Assembly: GCF_963921235.1 (NCBI RefSeq)
Contig: NC_086109.1
Span: forward strand, 9,364,001-9,428,000
From: Mobula hypostoma
Lineage: Eukaryota
Direction: 5' to 3'
DNA: 64,000 nucleotides
Made by a program: the position numbers and the translations under genes. The first letter of the stretch is position 1. Every line of letters starts with the position of its first letter. This document shows positions 1 through 10,835 of the stretch, in pieces. Under the pieces are notes generated by a model, which made no database searches, was not told the DNA's origin, and was given only the letters and a program-made list of their open reading frames with translations.

Positions 1-775
1 TTGAAGAAGAATGCGACTGTAGATACAATAGAATGCACTGATGCTGTAAAGCAAACTATTTCCCTCACCCTCATTTGGGATTAAAACATGGTGTCCTTTC
101 ATTTAAAACTAATTTATATGTTAAGAGGTATCACCTCAATTGATTGATATAATGAATTCACTGCAGCAGCTTGCTAATTAACTGGTGTAAGCCTGTAGCT
201 AATATTTGGTGACCCTGAACAAAAGGTGACAGATATGGTAAGTTGTGTTTTGACGATCACTCCAGTGGATCTTGGGAGGGATAGAGTCCAAGTTAAAGGT
301 AGTGAATGAGTTTTCCTTTTGAAAAAACTTGTGTCAAGAAATTTGATTTTATAATCGTTTAAAATATCATGCTTTGAATAAAATAATCTGCATGCATTTT
401 GTTATTTTAATTATTTAGGAAAATAGTTATCTAGCAAACACTTGCAGCTATAATTTATATACAGTATGTAGGGACATCTCTACATCTACTGATTGGCAAT
501 GAATTAGAAAGCAGGAGACATCTTAAAGATAAAGAGTTGGTTCCTGATTGGGAATGTGGAATGAAGCATTTTGTTGTGGATTTTTAAATGAATTGGGCTG
601 AATATTAACTGATAATGTCTGTGGCAAATTGGTGTTGTCGATCAAATCTGGAGAAGCAATGATGCAAGGTGGAGATGTTTGGAAATCCCAAAAAAAGGGC
701 CAGGATGCCTGAAGATCTGTCTCCTTGAAAATTTGATTTGTTTTCAAATTATTTCAAAGAAAGTCATGCATCTGA

Positions 776-1035
776 CAACACATACAAAATGTTGGAGGAA
801 CTCAGCAGGCCAGGCAGCATCCATGGAGAGGAATAAATAGTTGACATTTTGGGCTAAGACCCTTCATCAGCACTTGACTGTTTATTCCTCTCCGTAGACA
901 GCGTAATGACAGGTCTCAGCCCGAAATGTTGACTGTTTATTCTCCTCCACTGATACTGCCTAACCTGAGTTCCTCTGGCATTTTGTATGTGTTAATCCAG
1001 ATTTCCAGCATCTGCAGAATCTTCTGTGTTTATGT
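776..1035. mobile_element. Fold-back pair of Penelope-like element (PLE) termini
   Basis: caaaatgttggaggaactcagcaggccaggcagcatc...cccttcatcag (776-872) is followed by its inverted homologue (907-1035). The same terminus is attached to the RT/GIY-YIG body at 17779-19100. Confidence 0.75.
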
Positions 1036-1149
1036 TTTGGTACATCTGACAAGCTTGGTTCTGTACCATAGAATTACTTTAATAGTATAAAACAAAACTT
1101 TTGAATTGTTGGCTTCCGTGTACATACATGTACATATGCTTTTACTAGC

Positions 1150-3385
1150 AATGGTGGCATGCAGGAACGCAGTGGCTTCTCGGACTCCCAATAATGGTGT
1201 TAGTTTCAAATTCTTAGATCGTGTTTCATAGTTTCTAGTCAGGGATCTCAGTACATAGTGATGCAGAACTCTTGGACAAAATCACTTCTAAGCCACCAGC
1301 AACAGAGTTAGTAGTGGTGATCAATGACTAGGAATTCTTCGGACACCAGACCTGGCCTAGGTGGCTTAGTGCCAGACGCAGGCAGTGTGAAAAGAAGCAG
1401 AAATGTGGCAAGAGAGCTGGGGGAACAAGCTAGGCTGAGAGCTAACCCCACCAGACCGCCACTACCTTCACTTTTCCTGACCAACGTCCACTGGCTGCAA
1501 AACAAAATAAACTCACTGGGATGGAGAATGAACGCACAGAAAGATGAGAAACTGCTGCATTCTGGGTTTGAGTGAAACGTGGTTAAACAAAAACATGCCC
1601 AACCCGGGATGACTGTTCTGCGCAGACGGAAACTCCCTGTTGAGGAAATCCAAAGGAGGTGGAATTGACAAAGCTTGGTGCACAATTCATCTGTAGTTAG
1701 CTGTCACTGCTCAGGGGAAATTGAGTATCTTACAATTAAATGCCAACCACATTCCCTGCTCAAGGAGTTTACTGTTATGTTCACCATCGCTGTCTACATC
1801 CCCTCGAGTATGAACGCCAAGGACACACTGGGAGAGCTTTACAATATGGTTAACTCTGTACAAAACAATCATCCAGACGGTCTCTTCATAGCTGCAGGAG
1901 ACTTCAGTCATGTTACCTGCAGGGCATTTTACACAAATTCCTCCAACATGTCACTGTGGCCACTAGGGAACAAACAGACTGGACCACGTTTCTACAGACG
2001 CGGTACTTACAAAGCCACCCCACACCCCCATTTAGGCCTCTCTGACCCCATCTCCACAATGTTAACTCCAGCATACTGGTGGCTACTGAAAATGGAGAAA
2101 CCAGTCAAAAGTTCCATCACAGTATGGCCTAATTGAGGCAATCTCTATACTTCTGAACTATTTTGAACAGACACTTGCAGATCTTCAAGAAAGCCACCAC
2201 AGATGGAGAAGAAACAGACCTCAAGGAGTATCCCTTATCTGTGACCGTCTACATCAGTAAGTGTGCAGGTGACATTAGTACCTCATGAACGGTCATCTCA
2301 CCACCCAGCCAGAAGTCCCAGCTGAGCTCTCAGCTGCACTCCCTACAAAAGCCCAGACACTGCCTTTAAGTCTCAGGGCAGTGAGGAGAAATCTTCTCAG
2401 GCAACAAAGGGGCAAAGAACTCCTATGCTCAAAAATTTCAGGAACACCTGTCCAAGGATGATCTGCAGCATAGGTGACTGGACATCAAGGGCCTTACTGA
2501 CTATGCGAAGAGAAACAGTGTTGACTGTACCAGTGATGTCTCTATCCCTGATGGCAGTGACGTCTCTATCCCTGATGGTTTAAACAACTTTTATGCATGC
2601 TTCGAGGCGTGCAACGTAATAGAAACATAGAAAACCTACAGCACAATACAGGCCCTTCAGCCCACAACGCTGTGCCTAAAATGTACTTATTTAGAAATTA
2701 CCTAGGGTTACCCAGGAAATTACCTAGGGTTACTAGGGTTGCCCTCTATTTTTCTAAGCTCAATGTAAGCTTCCCCCCTCCCAGGTAGGCAGCCACTGTC
2801 TGCCACAGCAGCAGACATGAGAAGGACTCTGCAGAGAGTCAACCTCTGTAAGGCAGCCGGGCCAGAGAAAATCCCATGCTCAGTACTCAGGGAGTGTGCA
2901 TACCAGCTTACTGATGTCTTCAAAAACTTATTCAACACGTCATTCATCCAAGCTGGTGACCCCATATGCTTCAAATCAGCCACCGTCATTTCTGTACCAA
3001 ACAGCTCTACACTTTCAGAACAAAATGACTTCTGTCTGCTGGCACTGACGCCAATCATCCTGAAATGCTTTGAATGGCTGGTAATGGCATATATCAAAAA
3101 CTCCATTCCTGCCACGTTGGACACATCTTGAAAGGATATGTATCCACAGAAGAACAAAATGCTTCTTGGGCAGTGATTGAAAATAGGTTTTATGTAGGAT
3201 AAAATGTAATGACAGTACATTATCTTACTGGCTACTTGCACTGATAATTTTACATGAGGAAGGACCGGGGGTTGTCTATGGCTTGTATGTATTCCCTTTT
3301 CATTTTCATCAATATTGGCCCTACTGCATGCAAAAAGACAAATGTGCTGCTGCATTACAACAGTGACCTTTCAATTTTGACTTTG
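1150..3385 (+). mobile_element. Decayed Rex1/Babar-type LINE (APE endonuclease plus N-terminal RT, internally deleted)
   Basis: ORF remnants: PPLPSLFLTNV, EYLTIKC...VYIP...FIAAGDF...HLGLSD (endonuclease) and KAAGPEKIP..VLRECAYQL..VF...CFKSATV...LALTPIILKCFEWLV (RT). Stops and frameshifts are present. A CR1 3' end is inserted at ~2620-2765. Confidence 0.85.
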
Positions 3386-3630
3386 ATTGTAATTAAGTTT
3401 TGCTGCTGTTTATACACCTTGCTTCCCCATTTTGCTTTGAAAATAAGTGCGGTAAATTAAGAATTCAATTCCGGTTGTCAATTTAGTTTTCAAAATTAGT
3501 ATTTTGGAAATTAAGGCGATGAGTACATCTAAACATGCAGTGAAATGTGTTGTTTGTGTCAATAGCCAGCACAGTCTGAAAATGTGCTGGGGGCAGCCCA
3601 CATGTGTCACCAAACATCCAGTGCCAACGT

Positions 3631-3770
3631 AGTCTTGAAAAAGGGTCTCAGCCCGAAATGTCGACCGTTTATTCATTTCCACAGATGCTGCCTGACCTGC
3701 TCAGTTCCTCAGGCATTTTGTGTGTGTTGCTCTGGATTTCCAGTATCTGCAACATTTCTCATGTTTACGA
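3631..3770 (+). mobile_element. PLE terminus fragment with degenerate hammerhead motif
   Basis: agtcttgaaaaagggtctcagcccgaaatgtcgacc...gatgctgcctgacctgctcagttcctc, homologous to the other PLE ends in the window. Confidence 0.7.
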
Positions 3771-4403
3771 TTTGCTGACGTAGAATTTTCACAAGTCATT
3801 GACTCTTTCCTGCACGCCTTTGGAATGTGGGAGGAAACCCACACGCAGTCGTGGGAAGAACATATCAACTACTTACTGACAGTGGCGGGAATTGAACCCC
3901 GATCTTACAGTTGCTAATGTAAAGCGTTACACCAACTGCTACACTACCGTGTAAATGGTGCTTGCAAGTAGTCAGTTGTGCTGACCTTACGAGCAAACCT
4001 TTATTCATCACCTCTCATTTTAATTGCCATTGCTATGAATGAGAAAATACCGACCTACTAGTGCAGCTTGAGACTTGTTACCATGTAGTTTATTCAGCTT
4101 ACACAAAATTCTAAACTTAATTGGATTGTCATAAAATAGTTGGCAAGTTGTCATTTGGTAATTACTTTTTCAGCAGTGACATACAAAGATCATTAACTAA
4201 TTCAATTCTTTAAAAATGTATGACCAAGTAAAACCTCTTGATAAACTGATGTTTATCGACCTACTTTTGAAATGAGCTTACTTTGCTTGGAGTTCCATTA
4301 AAGGTGAAATGCTTGATAAAATAAATCTTGTTCTTGTCCTTGCCAATCTCCATAGATTCCTGTTCACTTCATGTTATTTCAAAAACCATACATAGTCTGT
4401 ATG

Positions 4404-4635
4404 GACGGCACAGTAGTGCAGCAGTTAGTATAATGTTATTAGAGCGCCAACAATCTAGGTTCAATCTTGCTGTGATCTGTAAGGAGTTTGTACATCCTTC
4501 CTGTGACTATGTGAGTTTCTTCCAAGCACTCCAGTTTCCTCCCACATTCCAAAGATGTAGGGGTTAGTAAGTTAATTGGTCAGAAGGGTGTAATTGGACA
4601 GCGCGGGCTCGTAAGGGCCTGTAACCCTGCTATTA
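4404..4635 (+). mobile_element. tRNA-derived V-SINE (HE1-like); representative of many copies
   Basis: tRNA-like head (cacagtagtgcagcagttag...ggttcaatc) and V-domain-like tgtaaggagtttgtac...tttcctcccacattccaaaga. Further approximate copies: 3800-3950(-), 11295-11480(+), 13160-13460(-), 13660-13980(+), 17608-17777 plus 19108-19250(+), 20925-21140(-), 28290-28550(-), 31130-31440(-), 33525-33805(-), 43320-43540(-), 46148-46690(+), 54305-54600(+), 58838-59110(+), 59128-59310(-), 63825-64000(-). Confidence 0.8.
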
Positions 4636-5444
4636 AAAAAAAGTCTTCGACAACTTCTGTTTTCCTGTTTACAACTCACTGCATTCTTTTCTCCTGTATA
4701 TTCCCATCTTGTTTAATTTTTGTGACTTTTAGTGATATTAATGGGTTCTTGAATCGGCAGTAGTGATGACAGTGATGTCATCTGTGGACTCATCTTTGAG
4801 AACTTTAGTTGTTTGCTTCCTTTTGTTGCTTGCACAATTTGTTTTGTCCCCCCTGCACATTTTTTAATGGGTTCTACTGGGTTTCTTTTTTTTGTGGCTG
4901 CCTGTAAGGAGATGCATACGAAGGTTGTATTTAGTATACATACTTTGATAATAAATGTACTTGGTCTTTGACTTGTTCGGGCATCTTGCCCCACTTTTTG
5001 GGTTTCTGGCTGAACATTACCACCTGGCAATGTCACTTCTCTGAATTTGATAGACAATTTGCTGCTGTAACCAAGCTTCTATCACATTTTTATATCTGAA
5101 TTGCTATATAAATGCACTTTGCTGCATGCTTGAGATGATGAGGCTTCTGTACACTTGGGAACTTTCTCGGTCAGGAACAACTTAGAGGTGTTCCATTGAT
5201 CTGGTTAATTACTTTAAAAAAAATAAGGAAAATAGAAAATATTCTTGTCCAATCTTTGGTTATTACTTCAGTATAAAAGCTCTATTGGTTTCAATGAGGC
5301 AACATTTTTTTTTGCCAGGAGAAAATACAGCATGTGTCTAATTCAAACCGATCAATGAGACGAGTAAAATGAGACTAAATAGGGGGAAACTGATGTTGTT
5401 TATAAACTCCCCACTTATTACCTTAATTATTTAATGTATCTAAT

Positions 5445-5903
5445 TATCGATATATCTAATTAGCCAATCATGTGGCACATCGCAATGCATTAAAGCATGC
5501 ATACATGGTCAAGCGATTCAGTTGTTCAGACCAAACATCAGATTGGGGAGTAAATGAGATCTAAGTGACTTTGATCCTGGAATGTTTGTTGGCGCCAGAT
5601 GGGGTGGTTTGAGTATTTCAGAAGCTGCTGATCTCCTGAGATGTTCATGCATAACAGTCTCTGGAATTTACAGAGAATGGTGGGAAAAGCAAAAAGCATC
5701 CAGTGAGTGATAATTCTATTGACAAAATTGCCTTGTTAATGAGAGAAGTCAGAAGAGAATGGCTAGACTGGCTCAAGCTGACTGGAAAATGACAGTAACT
5801 CACATAAACACACGTTACAACATTGGTGTGCAGAAGAGCATCTCTGTATGCACATCATGTTGAATCTTGAAGTGGATGGGCTATAGCAGCAGAAGACTAT
5901 GAA
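5445..5903 (+). mobile_element. Tc1-like transposon fragment (5' half, no TIRs)
   Basis: Collinear with 15800-16255 (agccaatcatgtggc...gacttga..tggaatg.ttgttgg...gctgatctcctg...agagaatggtg). Confidence 0.8.
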
Positions 5904-6164
5904 CAGGAGATACCCAGCAGAGAGTGGTTGCAGATGGTTGCCTCTCTGACTGTGATTAGTGGTGTACAGCAGGTATCAGCACTGGGTCTGTTGTTGCTGT
6001 CATCTATATCAAAGTTCAAAGTAAATTTATTATCAAAGTGCATATATGTCACCATGTACAACCTTGAGATTTGTTTTCTAATGGGCATACTTAATAAACC
6101 TATGAAATAATAAGCTTAACAAAATCAGTGAAAGACTGCACTAACTTGGGCGGATGATAAAGTG

Positions 6165-6507
6165 GTTAACTGGATCAGTTAAGAGAAGAGGAGTGCAGTA
6201 GAACAGAGGGTTCTGGGAACAGAGATCAGTAATTCCTTGAAAGTGACATCACAGGCAGATAGAGGTGTAAAGAAAGCTTTTAGCACATTGCCCTTCATAA
6301 GTCAATTGTTGGGATGTTATGTTGAAATTGTATAAGATATTGGTGAGGCCTCATTTGGAGCATTGTGTGCAGTTTTGGTCACCTACCTACAGGAAAGATG
6401 AAAATAGGATTGAAAGAGTGCTGAGAAAAATTGCAAGGATGTTGCTGGGTCTTGAGGACCTGAATAATAGGGAAAGGTTGAATAGATTAAGATTTTATTC
6501 CCTAGAC
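6165..6507 (+). mobile_element. CR1 LINE 3' fragment, left part (interrupted by hAT)
   Basis: LYKILVRPHLEHCVQFWSPTYRKD..IERV..K..RML.GL...ERLNRL.FYSL is the CR1 ORF2 C-terminal motif. Confidence 0.9.
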
Positions 6508-8500
6508 CAGCATTTCTCAACCGGGATTCCGCGAGAGGTCGTGATTAAAAAATCTAAATATTGTCTTTTGAACATTGCACGATGCTAGCACTGGCAGTGA
6601 TGTGCAGTGACCAAGCAGCCCTGTTAACCATCGCATTAGAGGCCTCTCAGCCCAGTATGGCACTGCGCAGTAGGACCACGTTTATTTGGTTGAGTCCACT
6701 CTCTTGTTTTTGACGTGAGATAAGAGAGGCCCTTGATAATTGGTGAGGGCTGTATTGAACGGAAGAAAGGACAGTAGGCTGATGACTGTAAAGTGTGTTT
6801 TCCAAGCATTAACTAGGCTTGTCCAACCTGAACTGTGACATTAGCCTGTCCCTCCCCCAACTTCCCCTTGTGGGAATGAACAAACTCTACTGTGTAGTGG
6901 AAAATTGGAGGGAAATTTTCATTCTAAAGAAGGAATTTTTATGTGCCATGACTCAGCTGCTGGCCTGTCATTTTGCTGTTGTGAAAAAATAGAAAATCCT
7001 GATGTTATCATAACACTGCTTTCTTCACAGAGAGGTGGTGATGTCAAAAACTCTTGGAGATTAGATGAAAAAAGTTCTGGATGATGCTATGAAAATGGTT
7101 AACTTTATTAAACAAAGACCAGTTCACTCAAGAATGTTTTTAAAAACAACACTGTGGAAACCTGGACAAAGAGCACACCGATTTCTTGCTACACACAGAG
7201 GAAGTTCTCAACAGGGTGTTTGAGCTGAAAGGTGAATTGCAGGAGTACCTTCAAGAAAATAGTAGGCCAGGTTTTACTGGGTGCTTTGAAGATGAAGAAT
7301 GGCTGCAGAAACTAGCCTACTTGACAGACGTTTTCATCGTATGAGCCAGTTAGTTTCTGCAAGGCCTTAGGGAAAATGTTTTGATTTAAGTGACAATATT
7401 CTTGGATTTAAAAGGAAACTGAATCTTTGAAAAAAATCATGTTGCAAAGGGAAATCTTAAACGTTTCCACTGCTGCTTGGGCTTGAGAGTGAGAAAGGGT
7501 ATCAGAAAGTCTTGAGTCTTATTGAAAACCACTTGGGAGAAATGCAGAACAAAATTCAACAGTATTTTCAACACAAGTGTTTAACTGGGTGAGGGACTCT
7601 TTCTCTGAATTTCTGCTCAGCTGGAGAACTTGACTTTGAGAGAAGAGGAAGAACTTTGTGAGCTGCACTCTGATCGTGCACTCAAGATGAGATTTACTGA
7701 CCTGTCCCTGGACAAGTTCTGGATTTCTGTAAAAGAATAGTATCCTGCCATTCATAGGAAAGGAATGAATATTTTGCTGCAGTTTTCAACTTCTTACATG
7801 TGTGAGCAAGCTTTTTCTTGTTTAACAAACATCAAGAGCAAGGATAGAAATCATCTCATTTCAGTTGAAGGCAAAATCCATGTGTGCTTATCTCAAATTC
7901 GACCCAGAATTGAGTATTTGTTTAGCAAAACACAAGCACAGGTTTTACATGCTAGACTTATATTTGAGCCTGATCATGTCACTTGGTAAGAAAAAGTTTT
8001 TTTCAAAGTCTTCTGTAAAATCGTGTCTTAGGCTATATATATATTTTCACATTGCTTTGGCTGATGGGTTTTAGTAGATTTACTGTTCAACATTGTCAAT
8101 AAATTTTCATGTTGTAAATAGCATTAATTAAAATCAATTTACAACCTTTACTGTATTTAGATTAAATCTACAGAGCCTACCTTTAGAAAAATTAAATTCC
8201 ATTTTGGCTTATGCCAGTTATTTAACAGAAACGTATTATGTTTGCCTTATCAGTTTTTAAAATTTATGAAAGGGAAAAAGAGATTAACTTCAAGAAAGGA
8301 AAGCTAAGCTTAACTGTTTTTTTGAAGAAAGGTTGGCTAAAAAAGAGCATTGACAATTATTTTTAGATTATTATATCTACAACTTACTGATCACGCTAAC
8401 ATACCTTGGGCTGTAGGTACAATCATTTTACGCAGGGGTTCCCCGAGACCTGAAAATTATTTCAAGGGTTCCTCCAGAGCAAAAAGTTTGAGAAAGCCTG
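6508..8500 (+). mobile_element. hAT (Charlie/Buster-like) DNA transposon with decayed transposase
   Basis: Perfect 8-bp TSD CCCTAGAC (6500-6507, 8501-8508). Imperfect TIRs CAGCATTTCTCAAC / TTTGAGAAAGCCTG. Transposase remnants HCFLHRE, MVNFIKQRP and LLQFSTSYMCEQAFSCLTNIKSKDRN. Confidence 0.92.
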
Positions 8501-8880
8501 CCCTAGACCACAGAAGATTGAAGGGAGATTTGGTAGAGTTGTACAAAATTATGAGGGGTATAGATGGGGTAATTGCAAGCATGCTCTTTCCAGTGAGGTT
8601 GGGTGAGACTACAACTAGAGGTCATGGGCTAAAGGTGAAAGATGAAATGCTTAAGGGGAAAATGAGAGGGAACAACTTCACTCAGAGGTTGGTGAGTGTG
8701 GAATGAGCTGCCAGCGCAAGTGGCGGATGCAGGTTTGACTTCAACATTTAAGAGAAATTTGGATAGGTACATGGATGGGAGGGGTATGGCTTCGGTGCAA
8801 GTAATGGGGCAAGATAGATTCAGTGTTCGGCGCAGACTAGATCGGCTGAATACTGTATTTCTGTGCTGTAGTGTTCTGTG
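8501..8880 (+). mobile_element. CR1 LINE 3' fragment, right part
   Basis: Resumes with HRRLKGDLVELYKIMRGID...TRGH.LK...FTQR...WNELP...FKRNLDRYM, followed by the CR1 3' tail. Confidence 0.9.
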
Positions 8881-10059
8881 ACACTGACATTTGCCTTATC
8901 TTGATAATTTGTTGTAAAATGGGCTCTGTGACCCAACCCAAGCCTGGCATCACAGGCTAATTGGTTTTGCTGTTGTTCCTTTATACCTCAAAGAATGACC
9001 CCTTGAGATTTGCAATCATAGTTTTGCTGTAACCTTGCATTTGTCTTCCTGTGACCCTTCCCCTTTCACTCACTGTGTTGCATTGCAACCTTTCCAGCTA
9101 GAAGCCAAGTGGTTTTGCTCGGCTTAAGACATACGGCCTCGTATAGAGTGAACAACACATGTCTGAAGGTCAGCTTCAGAGTAGCCCTTTGACCTTTAGG
9201 AATTTGGAACTTTAGTCTTTTCTCCTGGCATTTTTAAGATGCTCCCCAAAAGTGAATGGGATCCAGGTCCTGCTCAACCTCCTGTGCCTGCAGAACATGC
9301 TAAGGCATTTGTTAATACCTTATTTGTGTATTGCAGTGTTACAACTTGAGAGCTGGAAATGGAATTTAGATTCCATTAACATTAGTTTATTCCTGAAGTA
9401 TGAAGGTGGATAATGCCCACTGGTCTTTCTAAGTTACTCATCACAGAGAAACAATTCTTGACTAGTCACAATCGACCACATAGATAGGTTTGGAGAGCAG
9501 ATTCAATCGGTGGAAGGCGAAACAGCAGTGTGAGTAAGCGTGCTCTCAGGTAATTACAACCTGTTGAGTGATATTCCTTAAACTGAGAGTCTGGAAGCTA
9601 GTTAGCTTAAACTTCATGGAACAACAGGAAGAATTATTACTTTTTATTGGAGGTGCATTGTGCAATATTGGACAATATTTTGTAGAAAATGTGTCAGTAA
9701 TCTTGATTATACGCTTTAAGGTATGTACTTGGTGCTGATGGCTAAACAATTTATACCTAGCAGAAGACATTGCTGTAAACTACTTTTTGTTTGGTCACTT
9801 TAGATGTTGCATCTTCTCTCACCCACGGTTCTTTCACAAGATGCAGACATTGATGTGAAATGGCTTATTTACAGACTGAAATGAGGAATTTAGACAATCA
9901 GAATGTAAGCCAGCAGTCATCATAATGGAGATTAGATCTGCTGTATATGCATACTTCTTTTACATGTGTGCAGCAACATCTTGAAAACAGTTTATAAAGC
10001 TAGTATGAGTTGTATCCTGAGAGTCAGAAAGCTTGTTCTACCATTCAGAACGGGTTGAT

Positions 10060-10430
10060 CATCCTGGCTAGATCATCTAGGCCATGCTCTCTTCTTGCTA
10101 CCGCCATTGGACAGGAGGTACAGGAGCCTTGGGTCCCACACTACTAGGTTCAGGAATAGCTATTATCCTTCAACCATTAGGCTCCTGAACCAGTGTGGAT
10201 AACGTCACTCACCTTAACTCTGAACTGATCTCACAATCTAAAGACTCACTTTCAAGAACTCTCCAACTCATATCCTCAGTATTATTTATTTTTCACTATT
10301 TGCACAATTTGTCAACTTTTGCACATTGGTTGTTTCTGAGACTTCATTGTATTTCTTTTTATCTGTAAATCCCTGCAAGAAAATGAATCTCAAGGTAGTA
10401 CATGGTGATATAAATGTATGTATTTTGATG
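10060..10430 (+). mobile_element. Rex1/Babar LINE 3' fragment; representative of many
   Basis: catctaggccatgctctcttc..gctaccg...aggaggtacaggagcc...aggttcaggaatagc (HP.H.LF.LLP.GRRYRS...RF.NS motif). Other approximate copies: 20230-20890(-), 23930-24312 plus 24982-25165(+), 26860-27875(-), 37200-37460(+), 37975-38250(+), 39880-40120(+), 42760-43320(-), 51170-51545(+), 55620-56780(+). Confidence 0.75.
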
Positions 10431-10559
10431 ACATTGTTTAGACTAGCCACACCCCTATTATCAGTGGCAAATTAGTGAACGTATCAGTCTTGTTTTGCTT
10501 CATTCATTTTTGTCATCTTGACGTTGCCAGCATTTATTGCCCATTCCTTATTGCCTTTG

Positions 10560-10835
10560 AACTCCAGCATGGATGGTCCCAAGCCAGGCTGCAAAAGCAG
10601 GAGTTTTGGGCATAGGGTTAGCAACCCCATCCTGTTGAAAACCTGGAGCTACAGAAATGCCAGCGGAAGCTCAAGAGCCCTCATTCCTGAGAGAGGAAGG
10701 ATCTTTGTCCAGCAGATTATAAGATGGGCTATACCTGGAGACAGCTTGAAGGACTGGCCCAGGATGGAGTACTCTGGTGAGCTGCTGTCAGCAGCCTATG
10801 CCCCAGAAGGGGTGATGGCCTTAAGAAGAAGAATA
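10560..10835 (+). mobile_element. RTE-derived non-autonomous element/SINE
   Basis: RTE-like 5' segment (ggatggtcccaagcc...gggttagcaaccccatcc) fused to an RTE-like 3' end (ggactggcccagga...gcctatgcccc) with an (aag)n tail. Confidence 0.6.

Noticed and set aside
2531..2578. 24-bp direct repeat pair (CRISPR-like?)
   Set aside because: Two abutting copies with no spacer in a eukaryotic LINE; a simple tandem duplication.
2720..3355. 211-aa minus-strand ORF
   Set aside because: Antisense shadow of the Rex/Babar RT remnant.
7765..7989. ZBED5/FAM200-like host gene
   Set aside because: It lies within TIRs and a TSD and has stops and frameshifts, so it is a dead transposon rather than a domesticated gene.
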